The notes below the pieces were generated by a model. It was not told the DNA's origin. It worked only from the letters and a program-made list of their open reading frames with translations, and did not search any database. Positions 1 to 7,036 of a stretch of 26,070 nt of DNA are shown here, one piece after another (position 1 is the first letter of the stretch; each line of letters starts with the position of its first letter). Made by a program: the position numbers and the translations under genes. The stretch is from the IMG/VR virus record IMGVR_UViG_3300037510_000137, positions 1 through 26,070 of that record; one strand, 5' to 3'. The DNA comes from a virus (taxonomy: Duplodnaviria; Caudoviricetes).

Positions 1-113
1 GGTACCGGCGTGTATGCGCCGCCCGGACCCGGAAACACGTTGGTGCACACCGTCAAGCCGGGATTGTTCAGCACCGGCAAGTCAGGGAGCCATTCACCGA
101 GTGGGATAATCAT
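1..113 (-). CDS. 5' part of putative tail nozzle / tail tubular-B (packaged-DNA stabilisation) protein, truncated by the window edge
   Basis: ATG at 113 gives MIIPLGEWLPDLPVLNNPGLTVCTNVFPGPGGAYTPV. The GEWLPD...NVxP...Y N-terminus is typical of podophage nozzle proteins, and the gene follows the adaptor gene. Confidence 0.6.
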   Translation of the reverse strand, partial: MIIPLGEWLPDLPVLNNPGLTVCTNVFPGPGGAYTPV

Positions 114-125
114 GAGTGAAGCATC

Positions 126-206
126 TCAGTTGGGGCAGAGGTTGATCGGATACCAGTGCGCATAAACCTTTCGCGGCTTCCAGTTGTGCATACGACGCCA
201 TTTCAT
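126..206 (-). CDS. possible 26-aa basic microprotein
   Basis: GAGG...ATCATG start; MKWRRMHNWKPRKVYAHWYPINLCPN fills the gap between the adaptor and nozzle genes. Confidence 0.3.
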   Translation of the reverse strand: MKWRRMHNWKPRKVYAHWYPINLCPN

Positions 207-208
207 GA

Positions 209-817
209 TTAGAACCTCGTCGCACGGATTTTGCCGTTCAGGTTCTGATCCCGATACGAGCGAAGCTCGCCCAGATAGTCGGACTCCAGTTGGGCACACA
301 CCTGCGCTGCGCTCACGTTGCGGATCGTTCGTGCCCATACCAGTTTCGCGGCACCCGCCACAACCAAGTCGTAGGCGTTCGTCAACCACGGTGACGTGTC
401 GCTGTCGGCAGAGAGGTCGGGGTACCGGCACACGTAATAGACGTTCACGGGGTATGCCGAGTCGGGCACGTTGGCGATGTAGAAGTTGTCGCCGTAGATG
501 GCGTAGTAGGCGGGGGTGCCCTGCGACTGATCGCAGTTGATCTTGCGAATCACATCGAAGTCTTGCTCTACGATTTCGAGTGCCGTCGAGTTCCAGACGT
601 ATTCGAGACGATCCAGCAGCACAAAATCAGAAGGGAGTGGAATTGTCTCCACTCCCGCTACAGCAGCAACTGCGGTGGCCGTGCTGTTCCACTGGAACCG
701 CTCACGGTTGTAGTGGCGGATCGTCGTGTTGATCGCCCGCCGAACCTGATCGTTGAAGTCCGTCCTGTTCAGGAAATCGTTCTGCACGTCCTGAATCGCG
801 TCGATGTAAGTAGGCAT
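209..817 (-). CDS. head-tail adaptor / tail tubular protein A-like
   Basis: About 200 aa with LPSDF, GTPAYYAI and LSADSDTSPWL motifs typical of podophage adaptors. GGAG RBS precedes GTG820/ATG817. Position is downstream of the capsid genes. Confidence 0.7.
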   Translation of the reverse strand: MPTYIDAIQDVQNDFLNRTDFNDQVRRAINTTIRHYNRERFQWNSTATAVAAVAGVETIPLPSDFVLLDRLEYVWNSTALEIVEQDFDVIRKINCDQSQGTPAYYAIYGDNFYIANVPDSAYPVNVYYVCRYPDLSADSDTSPWLTNAYDLVVAGAAKLVWARTIRNVSAAQVCAQLESDYLGELRSYRDQNLNGKIRATRF

Positions 818-1514
818 CACGAAGCTCCAGAATAGGATCGTCGCAATGCGTCATCCGCCCAAGTTCCTCAAACCACTCCATTGAGTAACCGCAATTCTGG
901 TAGGCGCGAAAACATGGCGATCCCAAAGTATAGTGGACGATTTTAGCATTGACATTGTGCGGAAATTCATCTACCAGATGATTAAATTCAGGTGGAAGGT
1001 CGCCCACGGCGTCTGTCCACTTGAACTGGTGCAACTCCATTCCGCTGGCTTTGTTGACGTACTCCGGCGTCAGGCGGCGCACCGCCGACCGATGACCGTT
1101 GAACACCATCAGGCTTGACCAGTTCTTGCACGGGTAGCTCGTCTGCTTTTGCCCGAGGAATTTGGTCGTGACCTTGGATTGGTAGTCGTGCTTGCGTACT
1201 AGCACGTCCATGTAGGGGTCGGCTTTTGCGCATTCGTATAGCTCCCAGATGTCACAGAGGCACAGCATATCGCTGTCCATGAAGATAGATACATCCGAAC
1301 CGGCAAGCCACGGCGTAAGGAATCGGGAGTAGGCGAAGTCGGTAGACTGTGCCGCGTCCCGAGGCCGCGTAAATATCCCGCGCAGTGTCGAGAGTGACAA
1401 CGGGCAAATCTCCACGGGACCAGATGACCGTGTGAGGATGCTGTGAGCAAGAACGTGCCATGTCACAGCCTCCCGTGGATCGTACCCGATGTACACCTTC
1501 AACGGCTTTCTCAT
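702..1514 (-). CDS. glycosyltransferase, GT-A fold, CDI/GT8-like
   Basis: Start moved to ATG1514 (ATGA overlap with the upstream stop). Motifs VYIGYDPRE, STDFAYSRFLTPWL, DxD (MDSDML), YPCKNWSS and IVHYTLGSP match the family that includes the plant CDI protein. Confidence 0.85.
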   Translation of the reverse strand: MRKPLKVYIGYDPREAVTWHVLAHSILTRSSGPVEICPLSLSTLRGIFTRPRDAAQSTDFAYSRFLTPWLAGSDVSIFMDSDMLCLCDIWELYECAKADPYMDVLVRKHDYQSKVTTKFLGQKQTSYPCKNWSSLMVFNGHRSAVRRLTPEYVNKASGMELHQFKWTDAVGDLPPEFNHLVDEFPHNVNAKIVHYTLGSPCFRAYQNCGYSMEWFEELGRMTHCDDPILELRDAYLHRRDSGRAERFPEQDGLQRSGSAGDQHDDPPLQP

Positions 1515-2044
1515 TTCGTCATCACGGCGATGAATCCGCCTTCGTAGGTCTGAAAGAATGCGGGTTTGAATAGGGGTTCGCGGTAGAACTCCGGCGCGAA
1601 TGCGAACTCGTCCATGAACTGAAGAAGCCATTCGTCAGCGCCCCATTGAATAAGGTGAGCGTTGCGTCCATCAGCAAGTATCTTCTTGGCAGGACGGCAG
1701 GCTACATCTACAAAGAGAGCCTTCTTGGTGAGTTGATGAAGGTGCTTGAGCACATCAACCAAGCAGTCAGGCTCAATGTGCTCCAGCACATCGCTACAGA
1801 CCACCAAATCAGCGGGTTCAGGCTCTGCGTCATAACCGGGCACGAAGGGATCGTACTCGTTGATCTTGAACGGCATCGACTTAGCGAGAGTACCTTTGCC
1901 TCGCCCATAATCGAGGATGTCTCGCGTCCCAATTTGTTTGGCCAACTGCACGATGCGGCCCGCATGTTTATGACCCGATGTTCCATAGCTGGCGTCCTCA
2001 TGGAGTTGCCGTTGCAGTGCTTCGTATTCAGCCGTGTACCGCAT
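1511..2044 (-). CDS. class I SAM-dependent methyltransferase
   Basis: ILDYGRGKG motif I, YDP and DLVVCSDVLEHIEP; overlaps both neighbouring glycosyltransferase genes. Confidence 0.85.
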   Translation of the reverse strand: MRYTAEYEALQRQLHEDASYGTSGHKHAGRIVQLAKQIGTRDILDYGRGKGTLAKSMPFKINEYDPFVPGYDAEPEPADLVVCSDVLEHIEPDCLVDVLKHLHQLTKKALFVDVACRPAKKILADGRNAHLIQWGADEWLLQFMDEFAFAPEFYREPLFKPAFFQTYEGGFIAVMTK

Positions 2045-3620
2045 TCTCTGTCACCTCTTTTCTATAGAGCAAACTGTTCAACGCCAGCGACACCGCATTT
2101 ACGACCGGTTCCCAGTCGATTGTTCCGTGGGCTTGTCTGAACAAGCGAACGGTGCGTCCGTACCAAGGCATATAGTCAATATCAAGACGGTAACGCCAAG
2201 CAGGACGAGAAGGGACAAGAACCCAAGTTGGAACGCCCATGGACCCGGCAAGGTGAATGACACTACTGCAATTGCTGATAACGAGGTCGCAATTAGCGAC
2301 AAGGCCAGCAGTAATGTCGTAGTCCATTGCTTGAACCAGTTCCGGCCAGTAGTGAAGTTTGATTCCATGCTTTTGCTCGAACTCAAAAATTTCGTCCTTG
2401 CAGTCCGTGTACTGGAGCACAACGAAGTGGGCGTCTTGCGACAGGATAGGCAGCATCTGTTCGAGCGTCAGTGAACGCACCTCCACTCGCGTGCGCTTCA
2501 CTCCACCGATCCAGTTGATACCGATAACAGGCTTGTCGTCCGTGAACACGCCATTCAGCAGCTTCGCCGCACGCAGGTTGCTTTCAGGCGTCGGCGTGAT
2601 GTACCGCTTGCCGGGGAAGTCCGCCAGCTTCTTGCGGTACAGCTTACCCAAGTCACCGATGCTGATCTTGGCGTCGATCGCATAGTTCGGCACGCCTTCA
2701 GGTCCGAGCACCCATTTAATTTGGGTATCCTCACGAGTACCGTAGCAATCGATCGTCGGGAAACTGTTCTTGAACAGTTCCTTCAACCGCGTGTGGCATT
2801 CGAAGATGACTTCCTTGCAGTCCTTCAGTGCATCCGGGAGCATGGACGCGAACATGATTTCGTCGCCAATGCCTTGCTCCCCGTACACAACGACCGTCTT
2901 GCCGGGAGTTCCGTCCCACTCAGGAGTCGGCCCCGTGTTCGAGTAGTTGCGCTCACTGCGTACAGCAGCACGCTTACCGTTGCCATAAAGAGCAAAGCCT
3001 TTTTCATAGTCGCCAGTCTCCAGATAGCAGAGCGAGAGGTTCCACAGTGATTGCGGGTGGTTCGGTTCCGCATCGAGCGCAGCCTTCAGATAGGACATCG
3101 CCTTCTCAGGCGAGCCTTCGTTGATGTAGAGCGTGGCGAGGTTGTTCTGCACGTCCGCGCTGATTCGGCTCAACGTGTTCTGCGACTTCTCGAACCAGTA
3201 GCGGGCCTTGTCGATCACGTTCTCTTGCTTGTAGCAGGTCCCGATCGCGTTCATCAGTTCAGCTTTCTTCTGCGTCAGGAACGTGTCTTTGCCGGGGGGC
3301 GCCTTCTCCGCGAACTTGATCCCGTGCTTGCGCAAGTCGTCTGCGAACCGTTCGTCGAACAGGTTCAGCGCCTTGGTCAGACACGTGAATGCCACGCCTT
3401 GGTTGCCCTGAATGGCGTAGCTCATGCCGAGCGCGCCGAGCACTACCGCGTCGTTGAAGTCGGGGGCCAACAACTCGTGATAGATGCGCTGCGCACCGTC
3501 ATGGTCGCCCGCCTTGTCCATCTCCGTGGCCTGCCAGAATGGGTTTTGGACCTTCTTCTGGATCGGTACGCCCACCAATTCATTTAGGGCGCGATCAGGA
3601 AGATACATCTCGATATTCAT
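2028..3620 (-). CDS. TPR-repeat glycosyltransferase (TPR + GT-B/GT9-like; FlmG-type architecture)
   Basis: Start at ATG3620 after GAGGTG. N-terminal TPRs (e.g. NNLATLYINEGSPEKAMSYLKAALDAEPNHPQSLWNLS) are followed by WDG..GKTVVVYGEQGIGDEIMF and DLVISNCSSVIHLAGSMGVPTWVLVP. Confidence 0.85.
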   Translation of the reverse strand: MNIEMYLPDRALNELVGVPIQKKVQNPFWQATEMDKAGDHDGAQRIYHELLAPDFNDAVVLGALGMSYAIQGNQGVAFTCLTKALNLFDERFADDLRKHGIKFAEKAPPGKDTFLTQKKAELMNAIGTCYKQENVIDKARYWFEKSQNTLSRISADVQNNLATLYINEGSPEKAMSYLKAALDAEPNHPQSLWNLSLCYLETGDYEKGFALYGNGKRAAVRSERNYSNTGPTPEWDGTPGKTVVVYGEQGIGDEIMFASMLPDALKDCKEVIFECHTRLKELFKNSFPTIDCYGTREDTQIKWVLGPEGVPNYAIDAKISIGDLGKLYRKKLADFPGKRYITPTPESNLRAAKLLNGVFTDDKPVIGINWIGGVKRTRVEVRSLTLEQMLPILSQDAHFVVLQYTDCKDEIFEFEQKHGIKLHYWPELVQAMDYDITAGLVANCDLVISNCSSVIHLAGSMGVPTWVLVPSRPAWRYRLDIDYMPWYGRTVRLFRQAHGTIDWEPVVNAVSLALNSLLYRKEVTENAVHG

Positions 3621-3663
3621 ACTCACCTCATAAGTTATTTGCGTAAATTCTAGCTCAAAATGC

Positions 3664-3693
3664 AAAAAACCCCTCCACCGTGAGGTGGAAGGG
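3664..3693 (-). terminator. Rho-independent terminator after the capsid/decoration genes
   Basis: Minus strand reads CCCTTCCACC-TCAC-GGTGGAGGGG-TTTTTT. Confidence 0.85.
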
Positions 3694-3738
3694 TGAAGTC
3701 GCGATCTGGGGCTTATTCCAACCGCGAGAGGTGACTCT

Positions 3739-4200
3739 TTAGCCGTTACCGTCAGCAGCGTTATCGAACGAATAGAACACCGTGAGACGCAGCACGGCTT
3801 GGCCTGACATCGAGCCAACCGTACCCATGATCACGTCAATGGTGTCATCCGCCGAATAGCTGTAGCCGCCACCCGCCGCGTTCGTCATGCGGAAGATCGC
3901 GCCGCCATTGACGCCAGCAGCAACCGAAGCGGACGTGTTATAGCGTCCAGTCGAGTTGCCGTCGCCAACGTTGATTGCCACGTTCGAGCCTGCCGCCAAA
4001 CCGCCCATATCGAGTTGCGTGTCCAGAATCTGCGCGCCTTTCGGCACGGGTACCATCTGAACCACGTCACCCGACGAAGCGGAAGTCGTGAAGGTGAACG
4101 ATGCCGAGCGTGCCACCACACCGTTTTCGATGTAGCGAGGCGGGTTCAGAAAGAACCCACCGCTCGACGTTTGGCAAGCCGTAGAAGTGTAGGTAGCCAT
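3739..4200 (-). CDS. capsid decoration/cement-like protein
   Basis: 153 aa, beta-rich, directly after the major capsid gene and before the terminator; GDVVQMVPVPKGAQILD and INVGD motifs. Confidence 0.65.
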   Translation of the reverse strand: MATYTSTACQTSSGGFFLNPPRYIENGVVARSASFTFTTSASSGDVVQMVPVPKGAQILDTQLDMGGLAAGSNVAINVGDGNSTGRYNTSASVAAGVNGGAIFRMTNAAGGGYSYSADDTIDVIMGTVGSMSGQAVLRLTVFYSFDNAADGNG

Positions 4201-4212
4201 TTCATCCCCCGC

Positions 4213-5274
4213 TTAGTGAGCCGCAGCCCAAGTGTTAACTTGGATCACGGCGAAGTCAGCGGAATTGAACACCATCTTCTTCAGACCGGCGATCGATCCA
4301 GCAGCGACGCCGAACTGGTTGTCGTAGTCGAAGAAGTCTTCAACCCACGAGAACCGTTCCGGGCCATTGTCGCGGCCAAATGCGAGTCCGCAAGCCTGAG
4401 CGCCGCAGAATGCAGCGGCCTTCGTGTTCGCCACCGCAGCCGCCGCGCTGCCCGAAACAGAGTTCGGAACACGGTTGCTGGCATGGAGAATCGTGCCGTT
4501 GTACTCGCCGAGCGCGCCGGTATAAATGGGGTTCTTGCTGACGTTGCCCCCCATCATCGCGGCCTTCTGGATGTCCAGCCATTGACCCGTGGAGATGTTG
4601 GTACGCAGGTCCGTCACTTGGTAGTGATGCAGGAACATGACGTACTTTTCTTCACCATTGATCATGATCGGGCGAATCGGAATGTCGCCCGTCTTCGCAC
4701 GCTCGACACAGGTGTCGATCAGCGAAAGCGAGAACGTATTCGACGCCGAAAGCGAACCCACGCCGCCCGAGCCGTTGGCATTGACGATGTGGTTGGTGTC
4801 CGCTTGAATCGTGGCCTGCATACCCGTGTAGCGGGTATCCGTCACTGCCAGATTCGAACAGATTTGGTTGAAGAACCACGTGTCGAAGCGATCCGCCCAC
4901 CAGTCTTGCAGTGCGGCACGCGCGTTTTCGCGGATGTCGAATGGGACCAGTTGACGCGTGAACTTGCCACCTTCCCGAACCGCGTGGCGCAGTTGGTTGA
5001 TGTACAAGTCATCGCTGTAGTAGTTCATCCTTTCTTCATTGCCTTCCAACGTCTGGTCACCGGCAACGCCAGCGCCAACGAGAAGACGACGAAGAGGGAT
5101 ACGGATACGATCGCCGTCCGATTTGCTGGTTTCGTCGAAAATCTGGATGACCGAGTTATCGTCGCGTCCCATGAACCGATAGGCCCACGTCTGCTTCAAT
5201 GCCTCGACCGCCATCTTCTTCGACCACAGCTTTACGGCAAGCGGATCGCCTGTTGCAAAGGAAGTGGTTGCCAT
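4213..5274 (-). CDS. major capsid protein (N4-gp56 / DUF4043-like)
   Basis: 353 aa; AVKLWSKK, GDRIRIPL, LEGNEE, INQLRHAV, NPIYTGALGEYNG and EDFFDYDNQ motifs; downstream of portal and scaffold. Confidence 0.9.
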   Translation of the reverse strand: MATTSFATGDPLAVKLWSKKMAVEALKQTWAYRFMGRDDNSVIQIFDETSKSDGDRIRIPLRRLLVGAGVAGDQTLEGNEERMNYYSDDLYINQLRHAVREGGKFTRQLVPFDIRENARAALQDWWADRFDTWFFNQICSNLAVTDTRYTGMQATIQADTNHIVNANGSGGVGSLSASNTFSLSLIDTCVERAKTGDIPIRPIMINGEEKYVMFLHHYQVTDLRTNISTGQWLDIQKAAMMGGNVSKNPIYTGALGEYNGTILHASNRVPNSVSGSAAAAVANTKAAAFCGAQACGLAFGRDNGPERFSWVEDFFDYDNQFGVAAGSIAGLKKMVFNSADFAVIQVNTWAAAH

Positions 5275-5435
5275 GATGGTCGCACCAAGTCAAAGTCACG
5301 CGCCTCTCGCGGCACGCAATATCGACCATCACGGTTGACGGGTCCACCTATCGTCACGATTAGGTTGCCCTATAGGAGTTCAGAGCCGTTGGCTTCCGGG
5401 CAGTTGGGGCGTTTACCCCTGTGTCCTCAGTTCGG
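5275..5435 (-). promoter_or_regulatory. structured 5' leader of the major capsid gene (tandem hairpins)
   Basis: Inverted repeats at 5406-5419, 5366-5402, 5346-5365, 5322-5338, 5299-5316 and 5277-5287 fill the intergenic region. Confidence 0.55.
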
Positions 5436-5813
5436 CTATGAAAGAAGGAGAGCCAATAGCGCTTCTTCATCGGCGGATTGTAGACGGAATTCCTCAATTT
5501 GCAAAGAGAGGGCTTCCATTTTGGCGTTGACCGCCCGCAACGACTCGATACTGGGTGGGCGATGCGTTCGCGCCTTCGCGATCAGCGCGTTCCGCTGGCT
5601 CGCCGCACGCTTGACCGCTGCCGGTGCGTGCTCCTCCACTTCGGCAGGATGATGACGCCGCAGCATCGTCTCATATTCATCCCACCATTCGTGGTCGCGC
5701 CGAGGCTCGTAATGACCGTGCCCGCCCTCTGTCGGCTCTGGGATGACGACAGGAGGCGGCGCGGGAACCCAGTCTGCGAGGTTCCAGAAGTCTGCCCACA
5801 GCGCGAGAAGCAT
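5436..5813 (-). CDS. hypothetical head-associated protein
   Basis: 125 aa; N-terminal MLLALWADFW, Pro-rich linker, coiled coil and C-terminal DEEALLALLL; 1 nt from the upstream gene. Confidence 0.65.
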   Translation of the reverse strand: MLLALWADFWNLADWVPAPPPVVIPEPTEGGHGHYEPRRDHEWWDEYETMLRRHHPAEVEEHAPAAVKRAASQRNALIAKARTHRPPSIESLRAVNAKMEALSLQIEEFRLQSADEEALLALLLS

Positions 5814-5814
5814 G

Positions 5815-6825
5815 TCACGTTCCTACGCCCAGAAGGTTTTTGAAGCCCAACGCAGCGGATACGGCGCCGCCAGCAGAGAGGTTCCACGACAGCACGATCA
5901 CGCCGCGTCCACCGTTGCCGCCAGCAGCCGCAACGTTCGTCGAATCGGTTGTGGTCGTATATCCACCGGAACCGCCACCGCCGCCGAAGTCACCGCCGTT
6001 GCCGCCAGTGGAGTTCGCGTTTGTGGCATTGCCGCAGCCCGCCGCGCCGCCGCCGCCGCCAGCGCCCGCCGCGCCACCGGCCATGTCAGTGCCCGCGCCG
6101 CCGTTGCCGCCCTTGCCACTTGTTCCCGGATAAGGGTTCACGCCAAAACCGCCGCCACCACCCCCACCGTTTGAGCCAGTCCCGCCCGCAGGCGTCCCGG
6201 ATGTGCCAGCAGCACCGCCGCCTGTGCCAGATGGCCCCGCGCCGCCCGCTCCACCGTTTCCGCTCGATACAGACGCGCCACCAGCACTAGAACTCGTACC
6301 ACCTGCACCACCGCCGCCACCGCCACCAGACTGAGCGAGCGATTCACCACCGATCTTGCCAGAGCCACCGGGACCCGCCGCGCCACCGCCACCACCGCAA
6401 AATACCGTGGACGGTGCGCCGTCGCCGCCAGAGAACTTGATCGTTCCCTTGCAATCTGATGACAATCCGCCCGGACCACCGCCGCTTCCGGGGTTGCCGC
6501 CGACAGCGCCGCAGATACATGCGGCATCGCTAATGCTTGAACCGCCAAAAAACGAAATACCACCGGCAGTGCCGTAAGCAACCGCAGAGCCTTGCGGACC
6601 TCCAGCCCCGGACGCACCAACGGAATAGGACCACGTTGCCCCGGCAGTCACCGCAGCGTTGACGACAGCCGCATACGCGCCACCGCCGCCGCCCGTGAAT
6701 CCGAGGCCGTTGTTGCCACCACTCCCACCCCCAATACACTCGATCTGGTTATCGTTGATATTGAAGGTGGAAGGAATGACAACCGAAGTCCCTGCCGTCA
6801 GGACTAGGAACTGTGAGTAAGGCAT
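5815..6825 (-). CDS. glycine-rich virion fibre/adhesin-like protein (polyglycine repeats)
   Basis: IECIGGGSGG, GGGGGAYA, many GGxGG repeats, GGNGGRGVIVLSW and C-terminal LLGVG, typical of phage Gly-rich fibre domains. Confidence 0.7.
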   Translation of the reverse strand: MPYSQFLVLTAGTSVVIPSTFNINDNQIECIGGGSGGNNGLGFTGGGGGAYAAVVNAAVTAGATWSYSVGASGAGGPQGSAVAYGTAGGISFFGGSSISDAACICGAVGGNPGSGGGPGGLSSDCKGTIKFSGGDGAPSTVFCGGGGGAAGPGGSGKIGGESLAQSGGGGGGGAGGTSSSAGGASVSSGNGGAGGAGPSGTGGGAAGTSGTPAGGTGSNGGGGGGGFGVNPYPGTSGKGGNGGAGTDMAGGAAGAGGGGGAAGCGNATNANSTGGNGGDFGGGGGSGGYTTTTDSTNVAAAGGNGGRGVIVLSWNLSAGGAVSAALGFKNLLGVGT

Positions 6826-7026
6826 TTAGCACCCCTTTCCGCCCTTCTTGGAGATGCCCGATGCGCGACCAAAGCCGCCACCACCCGTGTTCTGCATCTT
6901 CCCGCTAGGGCCACCCGCCGTGGTGCCACCACCCCGCACCGACTTGGGTCCGGGAACCGTCTTGCCAGTCGCCGCCGCGCCACCACCGTAAGAGATGCGC
7001 TTCGTCGTATTCATCTTCGCTGCCAT
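6826..7026 (-). CDS. small basic Gly/Lys-rich protein
   Basis: AAGGAG RBS before ATG7026; 66 aa with no acidic residues; abuts the next gene. Confidence 0.6.
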   Translation of the reverse strand: MAAKMNTTKRISYGGGAAATGKTVPGPKSVRGGGTTAGGPSGKMQNTGGGGFGRASGISKKGGKGC

Positions 7027-7036
7027 GATTTGCTCC

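Noticed and set aside
3621-3818. N-terminal extension of the TPR-GT ORF in the supplied track
   Set aside because: It crosses the decoration gene and the terminator; a GAGGTG RBS supports ATG3620.
4015-5652. 545-aa ORF on the + strand
   Set aside because: Antisense shadow of the major capsid gene in GC-rich DNA; Arg/His-rich with no recognisable motifs or RBS.
5815-6825. GCC/CCG-rich repeats as a DNA repeat array or PE-PGRS gene
   Set aside because: Explained by Gly/Ala codons; there is no PE domain and no fixed-unit DNA repeat.
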